In this document: positions 18,228 to 28,189 of the stretch, piece after piece
Position numbering within the stretch: position 1 is the first letter of the stretch
How the letters are laid out: each line of letters opens with the position of its first letter
IMG/VR virus record: IMGVR_UViG_2061766007_000740
DNA: 34,402 nt
Direction: 5' to 3' (one strand)
Origin: an uncultured virus (IMG/VR IMGVR_UViG_2061766007_000740)
Taxonomy: Duplodnaviria > Heunggongvirae > Uroviricota > Caudoviricetes
Position numbers and translations under genes: made by a program
The notes under the pieces: generated by a model
Told to the model about the DNA's origin: nothing
Seen by the model: the letters and a program-made list of their open reading frames with translations, nothing else
Databases searched by the model: none

Positions 18228-18554
18228 ATGTTAGGAAAAATAGAATTACTGTGCGTCGCAAAGTTGGATACTTTCGACGGTCGTACATACGAGGCACATG
18301 TTCGCTGCCTCAATCGTGAAGATGGCAAAGCCTTGGTGGCACTCATGGAGAACAGGTCGTCGATCAACGGCTTTGAGGTGAAGGGCTACCAGTGGAAGGT
18401 GACCGCCCGCATCGAGGAAGTGCCGGGAGAAGATGGAGTGCAGAAGGAGTATGTGATGAGCTCAGATATATACATCTCGTTCCGGGCGTCGGATGATGAC
18501 GATTCGACCAACATGACCAATCTTCTATGGGATATTGACTCTGTAATCAGATGA
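18228..18554 (+). CDS. Hypothetical protein
   Basis: MLGKIELLCVAKLD..., ends 4 nt before the primase start. Confidence 0.6.
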   Translation: MLGKIELLCVAKLDTFDGRTYEAHVRCLNREDGKALVALMENRSSINGFEVKGYQWKVTARIEEVPGEDGVQKEYVMSSDIYISFRASDDDDSTNMTNLLWDIDSVIR

Positions 18555-18558
18555 TGCC

Positions 18559-21153
18559 ATGGACGAGGAGAAAAAGAGTTATCTGCAAGAGCGGGTGTTT
18601 GACCTGTGCGGTCTGACCCGCGAGCAGGTGTCGCTTCCATTGAAGTGGCATAACAAGCCGGCAGAGTGGCACGACCCGGACGACTTCGACGAGAAGATCG
18701 GCATGGGCCGCCTCTACCTCGCCGACAACGGGGAAGGCACGATGGTGCCACAGTTCCCCCTGTTCCAGTCCGATAAGGATGACAACATCCGGATGTACCC
18801 TTACACCCTGGACGGCAAGCTCATCAGTTACCTGCGGGACAAACAGCCGAAGTACGCCGACGGTGAGGTAGAGGATTTCTACTTCATCACGCGTCTCAGT
18901 CCGGCGAACTGGGCAGAAGCCAAGAAGTCCGACTCGCAAGCCGGCAAGTACCGTTACCCGGGCGGCGAGACGAAGAAAGGTACATACCCGTTCTTCCCGC
19001 CGGAGCTGTACCGCAAGTATCTAAAGGGCGAGCATATCGAGACAGTCATCCTGACGGAAGGCTATATGAAAGCGATGTGCGCTTCGGTGCACGGCATGGC
19101 TGTCATCGGTCTCGGTTCGGTCACGCTCTATAAGGACGGCAAGACCAAGCAACTGTACCCCGATATCGTGCGGTTCCTCAATACCGTCAAGCCGGATAAC
19201 ATCATCATCCTGTACGACGGCGACTGCACCAACCCGTGGCGTACCGGCAGCAAAGAGACATGGCGCGAGACGCCGGACCTCTCCAAGCGTCCGCAGTCGT
19301 TCATGTCCTCGCTGCTCCGCCTCAAGGACTTGCTGCTGGAGTTCAAGAACGCCCAGGGCAATCCCTGCGAGCTGTTCTTTGCCTATGTCAATAAGATGCA
19401 GGACGACGAGGAGATAGAGGACGAGCGTACCGGCGAGAAGATCATCGTCAATAACAGTCCCAAGGGCCTCGACGACCTGATTGTCGATGAGCACTACAAG
19501 ACGGAGGTCGAAGCTATTGCCGACGACCTCAACCATCCGGGCCGCACAGGTATCTATTTCGTCAAGAAGAACCTGCGTACCTGCAACGACGGTAACATCC
19601 GCACCATCTTCCATCTGGAGTCGCCGGAAGCGTTCTACAAGGAGTGGGAGCCGCAGATCAAGAACCACGAGTTCCGCTACAAGGGCGCTACCTACCGTTA
19701 TCTGGAGAGTGAGAAGAAACTGGTGCAGCTGCTGGACCAATCGCTCAAGGACTATGTCGCCATCGGCTCGGAGATAGTGCTGGTGACGGAGAAGCCCATC
19801 CCCGGAGCCAAGTCAGGCACGGTGCAGGACTTCTACACCATCGCCGATAAGGTCATCAATGCGCAATGCGGCAAAGGCACCTCGGAGAAGCTGTACAAGT
19901 ACAAGCATTTCATCTCGACCACCGTAGAACCCGACCATATCAATTTCAGCCGCGAGATAATCAACAGCATGGGTTACCGGTTCTACAACATCTATTCGCC
20001 GCTGCCGTCCAAACCGGTGCAGGGCAAGTGGCCGCACATCGAGAAGCTGCTGCGTCAGATCACGAAAGAGTATCCGGAGGACACCTTCCATTACTACGAG
20101 ATGCTGCTGGACTGGATTACCATCGCGTACTTCTATCCTCGCGAGTTCCTGCCAATCATCATGCTCGTCAGCCGTGACCGCGCTACCGGTAAGACTTCCT
20201 TCCTCAACCTGCTCAAGGCGATCTTCGGCAACAATACCGTCATCGGCGATAACAACCTGCTCGATACGAACTTCAACTCGATGCTTGCCGGCAAACTGAT
20301 TGTCGGCATCGATGAGTCGTGCCTGGGCGAGAATAAGGCGGTCGGCGAGAAGCTCAAGTACTTATCGACCACCCGCACCATCCTCGTCGAGCGCAAGGGT
20401 AAGGATAAGCAGGAGGTGCCGTCGTTCCTCAAGTTCGTGTTGTGCTCGAACGAGGTGCGCAAGGCCGTGTTCATCGCCAAGGATGAGATACGCTTCTGGG
20501 TGATGCGTCTGACACCATGGCCGGATGACGGCGAGCGTATCGAGGGCGACGACGAGACCAAGAACTACTCGGAGTTCATCGAGGAGGAAGTACCGGCATT
20601 CCTGTACTTCCTGCAGAAGCGGTTCAACAGCAAGCAGATGTTCGTCCCGCAACGGGAGAATAACAGCCGCATGTGGTTCGACCCCAAACGCATCTACAAC
20701 GACGACCTCGCGACGATGATGGCCGGTACCGCGTCCAACTTCGAAGGCTCGCTCATGTCCTTCCTCGAAGAGATGTTCAAGGACACCGGCGCGATGACGC
20801 TGGAGTTCGATACCGATTATATTCAGAAGTATGTGCCGGACGCAGCGCGTAAGGACCAGCAGTATATCCGCAATCTGCTCTCCGACATGCCTGGCGTGAC
20901 CAAGTCTAAGGACAGCCACAAGGTGCGCTTCGCTATGCGTATCACCGAGGAGGATAAGCGCAACGGAGCCAAGGAGGATGTCGGCACCGTCTATTGGGCA
21001 CGGGAGAGCAAGCAATGCCGTCCGTTCGTCTTTAATGCGGAGTACTTCGTCTCACCGGCTGATCTGAACGAGATGAAGCAACGCAAGGTCAAGACTGACT
21101 CTGCCGCCGCGCAGTCCGGTCAGAAGGATACACAATCAGATTTACCTTTCTAA
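18559..21153 (+). CDS. Toprim primase fused to SF3-like helicase
   Basis: Toprim ILTEGYMKA, LYDGD, PKGLDD; helicase Walker A SRDRATGKTS, Walker B IVGIDE, motif C FVLCSN; C-terminal DLPF. Confidence 0.88.
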   Translation: MDEEKKSYLQERVFDLCGLTREQVSLPLKWHNKPAEWHDPDDFDEKIGMGRLYLADNGEGTMVPQFPLFQSDKDDNIRMYPYTLDGKLISYLRDKQPKYADGEVEDFYFITRLSPANWAEAKKSDSQAGKYRYPGGETKKGTYPFFPPELYRKYLKGEHIETVILTEGYMKAMCASVHGMAVIGLGSVTLYKDGKTKQLYPDIVRFLNTVKPDNIIILYDGDCTNPWRTGSKETWRETPDLSKRPQSFMSSLLRLKDLLLEFKNAQGNPCELFFAYVNKMQDDEEIEDERTGEKIIVNNSPKGLDDLIVDEHYKTEVEAIADDLNHPGRTGIYFVKKNLRTCNDGNIRTIFHLESPEAFYKEWEPQIKNHEFRYKGATYRYLESEKKLVQLLDQSLKDYVAIGSEIVLVTEKPIPGAKSGTVQDFYTIADKVINAQCGKGTSEKLYKYKHFISTTVEPDHINFSREIINSMGYRFYNIYSPLPSKPVQGKWPHIEKLLRQITKEYPEDTFHYYEMLLDWITIAYFYPREFLPIIMLVSRDRATGKTSFLNLLKAIFGNNTVIGDNNLLDTNFNSMLAGKLIVGIDESCLGENKAVGEKLKYLSTTRTILVERKGKDKQEVPSFLKFVLCSNEVRKAVFIAKDEIRFWVMRLTPWPDDGERIEGDDETKNYSEFIEEEVPAFLYFLQKRFNSKQMFVPQRENNSRMWFDPKRIYNDDLATMMAGTASNFEGSLMSFLEEMFKDTGAMTLEFDTDYIQKYVPDAARKDQQYIRNLLSDMPGVTKSKDSHKVRFAMRITEEDKRNGAKEDVGTVYWARESKQCRPFVFNAEYFVSPADLNEMKQRKVKTDSAAAQSGQKDTQSDLPF

Positions 21154-21155
21154 TT

Positions 21156-21910
21156 ATGGATGTAGTTTATGTAATAGGCACTGGCAGCAAGTGGGATAAC
21201 AATGAGCTGCGCTACTCGTTGAGGAGTATAGAGAAGTTCGCTTCCGGTCTCGGCGAGGTGTATATCGTAGGCGACGGACTGCCGGAGTTCATCAATCCGG
21301 AAACAGTTCAGTTCCTCCGGTGTTATGATCTTCCGGGCTACTCTCCTGCTCGGAACGTATATCGCAAACTGAAGGCATTGTTCAGTGCAACGGATATCGA
21401 GCAGTTCCTGCTATCGAGTGATGATCATTTCTTCATTAAGCGAGTTGACTTCAATAATTGGCCGATACACTGGAAAGGCGACTCTATGCCAAAGAAAGGC
21501 AGTACCGGAGTAGGCGATAGCGGTACACGCAGACGATGGTCGATACTCGTCAGTTCATGGCTGTCGTTGGTCTTGATTTGAAGTATTACGAGGGACATAC
21601 TAATAAGTTGTACACGCGATGGGCATGGGATTACTTGCAGAAGCAAGGCATAGATTCATGGATGCATACGCGGTCGACTTATGGTCTCAGTCTTAACTCT
21701 CCTATGGCAGCGACGATAATGCAGTTCAGTCCGTACAGGGCGAGTTGTTATAGGAAGGATGTGAAGTTACATCACCTTAATACCGAAGCTGACTGGGGAT
21801 TACTGCAAGGCGCAGAATCATTCTCTATCTATGACTCAGCGATAGATACCGGAGTAGCCGGATTCTTGCAGGTAATGTTCCCAGAACCGAGCCGATTCGA
21901 AAAAATATAG
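21156..21910 (+). pseudogene. Stealth-family-like sugar-1-phosphate transferase, frameshifted near 21519
   Basis: MDVVY (CR1-like), NNELRYSLRSIEKF...VYIVGDGLPEFI and FLLSSDDHFF (CR2-like); continues in another frame to FPEPSRFEKI (CR4-like). Confidence 0.7.
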
Positions 21911-21958
21911 CTTATCATCGCAGTTTGTTGATAAGTTAGTTAAGTCTATTGTGTTCCG

Positions 21959-21995
21959 GTGGGACAGTCGCACTCGCGGCTGTCCCACTTTTTTT
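21959..21995 (+). terminator. Intrinsic terminator
   Basis: GTGGGACAGTCGC-ACTC-GCGGCTGTCCCAC followed by T7. Confidence 0.9.
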
Positions 21996-22005
21996 GTACC
22001 TAAAC

Positions 22006-22056
22006 CATCCTAAAAACATCCTATCGACATCCTAAAAACATCCTATTTGCATCCTA
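22006..22056. repeat. Five CATCCTA repeats at an exact 11-bp period
   Basis: Starts at 22006, 22017, 22028, 22039 and 22050. Confidence 0.9.
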
Positions 22057-22110
22057 TTCGGTCGTTCTACGTACGCACGCGAGGGGGTGCGTTTTTCCTC
22101 TTTCTGTATA

Positions 22111-22143
22111 GTTGCCGGTCGTGGAGGTAGTGTTGTACCTTTG
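22111..22143 (+). promoter_or_regulatory. Promoter of the head operon
   Basis: GTTG - 21 nt - TACCTTTG; non-consensus -33 and G-rich spacer. Confidence 0.6.
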
Positions 22144-22168
22144 CAGCCGGAAATTAAAAATGTGCGTT

Positions 22169-23254
22169 ATGGCAAAGAAATTTGACTTGAAATTGAAAGG
22201 TTACGTAGGCGGTTGGGATTTCGATACCGACTATGTTGACTATGTCCTGGATAAAGCAGGCGACAAAGAGGTGACCGTCCTCATCGACTCGCTCGGCGGC
22301 TCGGTAGCTACCGCNNNNNNNNNNNNNNNNNNNNNNNNNNNTGTGCATGTCTTCTATCGCGGCATGAACGCCAGCGCTGCAACTATCTCCTCGATGGGCG
22401 CGAAGCATATCTCCATTGAGAAGAGCGCGATGTATCTTGTGCATAAGTGCTCGCAGGCTGTGCTCGAATGGGCGCTGCTCAATGCCGACCAACTGAAGGC
22501 GAAGGCAAAGGAGTACGAGAAGACCGCTTCCAGTCTGGAGAAGATTGATCTTACCGTCGCTACGATGTATGCTGACCGCTGCAAGAAGCCGGTGAAGGAC
22601 ATGCTTGACCTCATGGCCGAGAACAAATGGCTTACCGCTCAGGAAGCGCTCGACTGGGGCTTCGTGGACGAGGTCATCGACAGCACCGAGGATGTCAAGC
22701 TCACACAGTCCGTGGCTAACGCGATGGCTGCCGCCGGTATTCCTCTTCCGGATAACATGCCGGTCGAGGCGGACGGTCTGATTGCCCAAGTGGAGGCGAT
22801 GTTTAAGAAATGGTTCGGCAAGAAGGAGGCTGCTACCGCGCAGGCTGTAGCGGAGCCGGATGCCAAGCCCGATAACTCAATTCAATCAACTGTTATGAAA
22901 AAAGTATTTCTGATGGTAGCAGCTGTATTGGCTGCTGCAAACCTCAAGGCTCTGGATGAGCCGAAAGAGGACGGCAGTTATGCTTTGGATGAATCTCAGG
23001 TGCAGGCTCTCGAGGACGCTTTGGCTCAGGCTAAGGCAGACAAAGAGGCTGCAGANNNNNNNNNNNNNNNNNNNNNNNNNNNNNNNNNNNNGGCAGCAGC
23101 CGAAGCCCGTATCGCGGAGCTTGAGTCTCGTCCGGCTGCCACGGCAAAACCGGTAGTGGAAACGGGTGAGCAGAGTCCTGCCAACGAGGAGCAATCTCCT
23201 GCAGAGGCATTGGCAGCCACGCTCGCCAACGCTCGCCAAATGCTGGGAAAGTAA
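22169..23254 (+). CDS. ClpP-type prohead protease with scaffold-like C-terminus
   Basis: IDSLGGSV, ASAAT (Ser), YLVHK (His), WLTAQEALDWGFVDEV; Ala/Glu-rich tail; directly upstream of capsid gene. Confidence 0.9.
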   Translation: MAKKFDLKLKGYVGGWDFDTDYVDYVLDKAGDKEVTVLIDSLGGSVATXXXXXXXXXXVHVFYRGMNASAATISSMGAKHISIEKSAMYLVHKCSQAVLEWALLNADQLKAKAKEYEKTASSLEKIDLTVATMYADRCKKPVKDMLDLMAENKWLTAQEALDWGFVDEVIDSTEDVKLTQSVANAMAAAGIPLPDNMPVEADGLIAQVEAMFKKWFGKKEAATAQAVAEPDAKPDNSIQSTVMKKVFLMVAAVLAAANLKALDEPKEDGSYALDESQVQALEDALAQAKADKEAAXXXXXXXXXXXXXAAAEARIAELESRPAATAKPVVETGEQSPANEEQSPAEALAATLANARQMLGK

Positions 23255-23286
23255 ACTAATTATTAACCTCTTAAAATTACACACAC

Positions 23287-24396
23287 ATGTCTGTAGGTAA
23301 AATTACTGGAGAGCAGCTTCAAGCGTATCAAGAGGCTGCGACCAAATGGCGCAAGGAATTCCTTGCATTGCCCGTTACCGGCTTGGAGGAGATTCTCCCG
23401 TATGTAAGCGTCCGCTATNNNNNNNNNNCGGATCACTGTCGCTCGATGCGCAGTTCCGTCCGTACAAGCACGACATCAAGTCGGGTAAAGACGCTGCGCT
23501 TGCGTTCCGCGAGCTGGAGACCTTCATGGGTGCAGTGGACTATGAGTTCGAGCCGAACTCTGTCGCTACCATGGTTATCGGTCAGAAGGCTGCGACCAAG
23601 GGCGAAGCGATGAAGAACGCAGAGATCGTCAAGGCTGTCCTCGTCGAAATCTGTAAGAAGTTGAGCGAGAACCTCAACGCAGTTCTGTGGAGCGCTGTCC
23701 GCAAAGCGAACGGTACGACCACGGCTGACCTGTTCAACGGATGGGACACCATCACGGCTAAGGAGATCACCGCCGGCAACATTGCCGAGGGTAAAGGTAA
23801 CTACACCGTCCTCGATAAAGCTATCGACGAGACCAACGCTGTAGATGTTCTGAAGGGCATCTATCGCAAGGCGAACCGCGAGCTCCGTCGTCAGAAGACG
23901 ATCATGTTCGTAACCCAGGACATNNNNNNNNNNTAACCGCGAGCTCCGTCGTCAGAAGACGATCATGTTCGTAACCCAGGACATCCTGGACGCTTACGAG
24001 GATGCTTACTTCGCTACTCACGCGGCAACGCCGTGGGTAAAAGGATTCGAGCAGCATATCCTCGAAGGTTCGAACGGTCGCTGCGAACTCGTAGCGCTGT
24101 CGAGCAAGGAGGGTACCTCGTACATCCACCTGACTACCAAGGAGAACATGCTGATTGGTGTGGACCTCATGTCCGACACCGAGAGCGTGACCATCGAGCA
24201 TTTCAGCGCCTTCACGCTGGAGTATGTTGCAACGATGTTCTTCGGAGTAGAGTTCGAGTCCATCGATCCTCGCCGTCTGCTCGTTGCAGCGCTTGCTGAA
24301 GGAAGCGGCTCGGGTTCCGGCAGTGGTAGCGGTTCCGGTTCGGGCAGCGGCNNNNNNNNNNTCCGGACACTGTTCCGGAGGGGTGCTAATGTGTAA
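23287..24396 (+). CDS. Major capsid protein (gaps; exact 3' end uncertain)
   Basis: ~340 aa after the protease, from pieces 23287-23418, 23429-23923 and 23965-24351; DLFNGWDTI motif; GS-repeat tail. Confidence 0.75.
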
Positions 24397-24416
24397 CCTC
24401 TTAATTCATTGAGAAT

Positions 24417-25013
24417 ATGCCTAAGAATAATTGTTCCCCCGTTGAGGGTTCGTTGCACTGGTGCGAGGGCAAACCCGTCCTCCCCGGCATCCGTCGCCGT
24501 ATCTACTACACGGCGAAGTCGAACATTGCTGTCTGGCCGCTTCTGCCGGTAGATGCGAACGGTCGTCCGACCTCTGCCGTGCTGCAGGGTTCGTTCCAGA
24601 TGGCAGCGGACAAGGTATTCCACTACATCGATGTTCTCGTTGACAAATCCGGATTGACTTCGGAGGCCCAGGGTGAGAAGCCGAGCCAGACGCAGCTCAA
24701 CAAGATTACCGCCGTTCACCCGGCAGTAGATGAGCAAGCGTCCCTCGCGGCAGCTTACTTCAACAACAACGACATCGTTGCGCTCGTTCAGGATATGGAC
24801 GGTAAGTTCCGCATGGTGGGTAACGAGAAGTGGCAAGGTAACGCTACCGTTGCGCAAGACAACGGCCAGGGCGCAACCGGAACGGCTTCCACCACCGTCA
24901 ACATCGAGCATACCGACCTCATCCCCGCTCCGTTCTACGAGGGCGAGATTGTCACCGAGGACGGTGTCATCAACGAGCAAGGCAGTGGTAGCGGTAGCGG
25001 CAGCGGCAACTGA
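24417..25013 (+). CDS. Major tail (tube) protein
   Basis: 198 aa, beta-rich, ALVQDMDGKFRMVGN motif, follows capsid gene; ends GSGSGSGSGN. Confidence 0.7.
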   Translation: MPKNNCSPVEGSLHWCEGKPVLPGIRRRIYYTAKSNIAVWPLLPVDANGRPTSAVLQGSFQMAADKVFHYIDVLVDKSGLTSEAQGEKPSQTQLNKITAVHPAVDEQASLAAAYFNNNDIVALVQDMDGKFRMVGNEKWQGNATVAQDNGQGATGTASTTVNIEHTDLIPAPFYEGEIVTEDGVINEQGSGSGSGSGN

Positions 25014-25745
25014 TGACGCTCTCCGTTGACATACCTGTGTCGTCTTCCGTGTCGGAGGTCCTCGATTCCGTACCCATCCGGGAAGGAGGATTCTCCGACA
25101 TCTTGCATTCTATTGGGGATGCCAAGCCGGTGAAGGACTTGTTTGCGGAAGCCGGGCCGCGCAAAGCCTGGCACGCAGAGCACGCCGATGTGTTGGCACG
25201 ATGCGACCTGAGTGAGCAGCATGTTCACCTCTTCCCCAAGGTAGGCCTGCGTATCATTGCCGTCTGGAAGCGTACCGTCAAGGGTCCGACCCTTGCGGAC
25301 ATCAAAGCGGACGACGGCATGGTGCCGGTCTTCAGCAACTCCCTCGCGCCGGTCATCCGGAGTGTGCTGGGCGAAAACCTCTCTTCCGGAGGGTTCGCCG
25401 TCATCACCACTCCGCGCCGGAGGCACAAGGAACGCAACTTCGCCTGTATGGTGGCAGCGTCCCTGGCGCAGAACCTCGGCATACCGTACCGCGAGGATGT
25501 GGCCATCGCCCGGACNNNNNNNNNNCGCGCAGAACCTCGGCATACCGTACCGCGAGGATGTGGCCATCGCCCGGACCAAGCAGCGCATCGGCGTGGACTT
25601 CGAGCCGGGCAACATACCGCCGGAGACGAATCTGATCTGCTTTGATGATTTCGTCACCACCGGCAGCACCCTCGGAGCGATGAACCGCCTACTCGCTCCC
25701 ATGGGCAAGAATATCTTTTATATCGTAGGCGTAGACAACCAATAA
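25013..25745 (+). CDS. Type I phosphoribosyltransferase-like (ComF-like) protein (gap duplication)
   Basis: PRPP-binding loop ICFDDFVTTGSTL; ITTPRRRHKERNF resembles ComF. Confidence 0.75.
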
Positions 25746-25748
25746 GCT

Positions 25749-25864
25749 AACCCCTATGGGTTGGATACATAAACCCCCCGGGGGGTAAGGTATACTTTTC
25801 CCTATAGAAAAGGTATACTTTTCCCTATAGAAAAGGTATACTTTTCCTCGGGGGTAGCAAAAAA
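25749..25864. repeat. Second locus of the 23-bp palindromic repeat element
   Basis: 25787-25864 is identical to 17095-17172 (78 bp). Confidence 0.9.
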
Positions 25865-25874
25865 AAGAGTTATT

Positions 25875-26405
25875 ATGGACGAAAAATTAACCAAAGAGCT
25901 TCAGCAATGGCTCAATACCGATGCTGAGCAGAGAGACATCGCGACCGGCGTCCGGCTGGTGCGCGTATTGGTACGCAACCAGATACTGGCCAACGGCTTC
26001 GAGCGCCTTCCCAAGAAGTACATGAAGACNNNNNNNNNNNNNNNNNNNNNNNNNNNNNNNNNNNNNNNNNNNNNNNNNNNNNNNNNNNNNNNNNNNNNNN
26101 NNNNNNNNNNNNNNNNNNNNNNNNNNNNNNNNNNNNNNNNNNNGGATTTCAAACTCGGTAAGCGCCCGGACCACAACCGTCTGCCGGAGGAGATTCAGGC
26201 GCTCTATTCCGAGAACCTCTCCATCATGCAGAACATGCGAGCCTGCCATGCGCAGCTCATCCTCCTCTCCCTGCCGGAGAATCAGTCTTCCTGTCCGGAT
26301 GGCGACCGCTATCCGTTCGTAAAGGAACTGATTGATCTGGACCAACGCTACCACGCCAACTGGCAGAAGTACGACTCCTATCCGCCGGTGGATGACGAGC
26401 AATAA
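25875..26405 (+). CDS. Conserved phage hypothetical protein (internal gap)
   Basis: GKRPDHNRLPEEIQALY...NWQKYDSY; phage codon usage. Confidence 0.65.
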   Translation: MDEKLTKELQQWLNTDAEQRDIATGVRLVRVLVRNQILANGFERLPKKYMKXXXXXXXXXXXXXXXXXXXXXXXXXXXXXXXXXXXXXXXDFKLGKRPDHNRLPEEIQALYSENLSIMQNMRACHAQLILLSLPENQSSCPDGDRYPFVKELIDLDQRYHANWQKYDSYPPVDDEQ

Positions 26406-26922
26406 GGCAGTTGACAGCGTCCTTTTCCCGTTATCCCAAGTGCCCCTGCAAGCGTATCTGACCAATACGCTGCAGGTGGCCGACGTGGTGGAATGGGCGA
26501 TGGCTCAGATGCCCGGCAAGGTGCACCTGCGGCAGACCTCGTTCTCGATATCCGAGGAGTTCGTCCGTCGGTTGTGGCACATGCAGCGCTCCGGCAAGGT
26601 GAGTGAGGTCGAGTTAGTCCTGGATCACAAAGCCACCAACAAGACGCTCCGTCTGTGGCCGTTCCTCGTTCAGACTATCAACCGGCTCTATCTGGCCGAC
26701 AATCATTCCAAACTCATCCTGTTGGAGTCCGATACCGCCGGAGAGGTGACGCAGGTCGCCATCATCACCAGTCAGAACCTGACGCGAGGCAACCGGCACG
26801 AGTCCGCTATCATCACTACCGATATCGGCGTCTTCCGGAAGCTCGAAGCTTCGTTCCTCGATATACGCGACCACCACGCCGTTCCGCTCCGGGAATTGTT
26901 TAACATCAAAATGCAATCCTAA
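26392..26922 (+). CDS. Phospholipase D-like (HxK) domain protein
   Basis: NHSKLILLE ... ITSQNLTRGNRHES corresponds to HxK(x4)D/E plus (G)SxN. Confidence 0.75.
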   Translation: MTSNKAVDSVLFPLSQVPLQAYLTNTLQVADVVEWAMAQMPGKVHLRQTSFSISEEFVRRLWHMQRSGKVSEVELVLDHKATNKTLRLWPFLVQTINRLYLADNHSKLILLESDTAGEVTQVAIITSQNLTRGNRHESAIITTDIGVFRKLEASFLDIRDHHAVPLRELFNIKMQS

Positions 26923-27155
26923 TGGCTCAGCGAATCCATATCACTACCCTGCGCGAAATGCTCAAGCGCCCCGACCCCGTGGACTTGGTCGTCGTTACCA
27001 AGGAAGGCCGGGTGCTCGCGCTCAATAACTGCGTCGGACTCAAGTTCGACCTGTACAAAGGCACACGCCGGATCAAGATGCTCGACTCCGGACAGATTAG
27101 AACAGTGCGCGATATCCTCATCCTCTCCGTCAATGGCTGTGAGGTGATGATATAG
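26922..27155 (+). CDS. Small conserved phage protein
   Basis: 77 aa, TAATG coupling. Confidence 0.65.
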   Translation: MAQRIHITTLREMLKRPDPVDLVVVTKEGRVLALNNCVGLKFDLYKGTRRIKMLDSGQIRTVRDILILSVNGCEVMI

Positions 27156-27212
27156 CCGTGTGTTTTTCGTCCCCGTAAATTATGTATTAACTTTGCAACA
27201 AATTTATAAGCT

Positions 27213-28151
27213 ATGATATTTCTGTCAGGTGTAAATAATTTTCTTCGTGAGTCGGTTTCCGGACAGGAATCCGGATGCGACCACATCGTCTTGCAAATCA
27301 AGCAAGGCTCTACGAAGATATTCGAGGCTACCAGTCGGAAGATTGGTTCCTATTATGAGTTCCCCGGAATGGACGAACTGATAAAAGCACACATGCTTCA
27401 GAACAATCTTTCCGTCTTCTCTGCATCTGCGGTGTATTTCCCGTGTGACGCTTCCGGTAGTCAGGTCGGTACCTACACCAAGGCTTTAGCCGTCATCTAT
27501 ACCGGTGCGGAACTCCGCAAGCCGGGCACGCTTACCGCCGATGTCTTTGCTTCCGTCTATTTCCTGACACATTATAAGTCCGCCTGGACTACTCCGAGCG
27601 ATTCATACCAGCTCAATTACTATGCGGCATCCGATGAGAATTACACCATCGTCCGCACCTTCAAGGATGGCACAACGGCTACGNNNNNNNNNNNNNNNNN
27701 NNNNNNNNNNNNNNNNNNNNNNNNNNNNNNNNNNNNNNGACTGCGTGAGTGCCGTTGTCACGATGGGTAGCCGTACCTTCACGCTCTATTTCCTGGACAT
27801 AGATATCGCAGAGCGCTTCCAGTTCCGGAATGCGTTCAATGCGCTGGAGAGTGTCGTCTTTCCGGCGGCCACCACCGAGGTACCCAAGACAGAGTACGAG
27901 ACCGCCCAGCAGGAGAATGTGTTGCAGTGCTATGATATCGAGGAGCAGCTGGAGGTCAAGATCCAGACACCGCCGATTCCGGAGTTCATGCGTCAGACGC
28001 TGCTCGATATGTGCCGGTCACATTATGTCGAGCGCTTTGATTCGTATCGTGCCGGTAGCACTACCTATCAGGTGTACAGTCCCGTAATCATCAAGGAGTA
28101 CAAGTTCGATAAGACCAATGAGCCTAACAAGCCGCTCGTCCTCGAACTTAC
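27213..28151 (+). CDS. Putative structural/tail protein (gaps; 3' end lost in N run)
   Basis: Pieces 27213-27683 and 27739-28151; FQFRNAFNALESVVF motif; TAACTTTG -7 box at 27188. Confidence 0.55.
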
Positions 28152-28189
28152 NNNNNNNNNNNNNGCAATAGCGCAATCGAATTCGGTTA

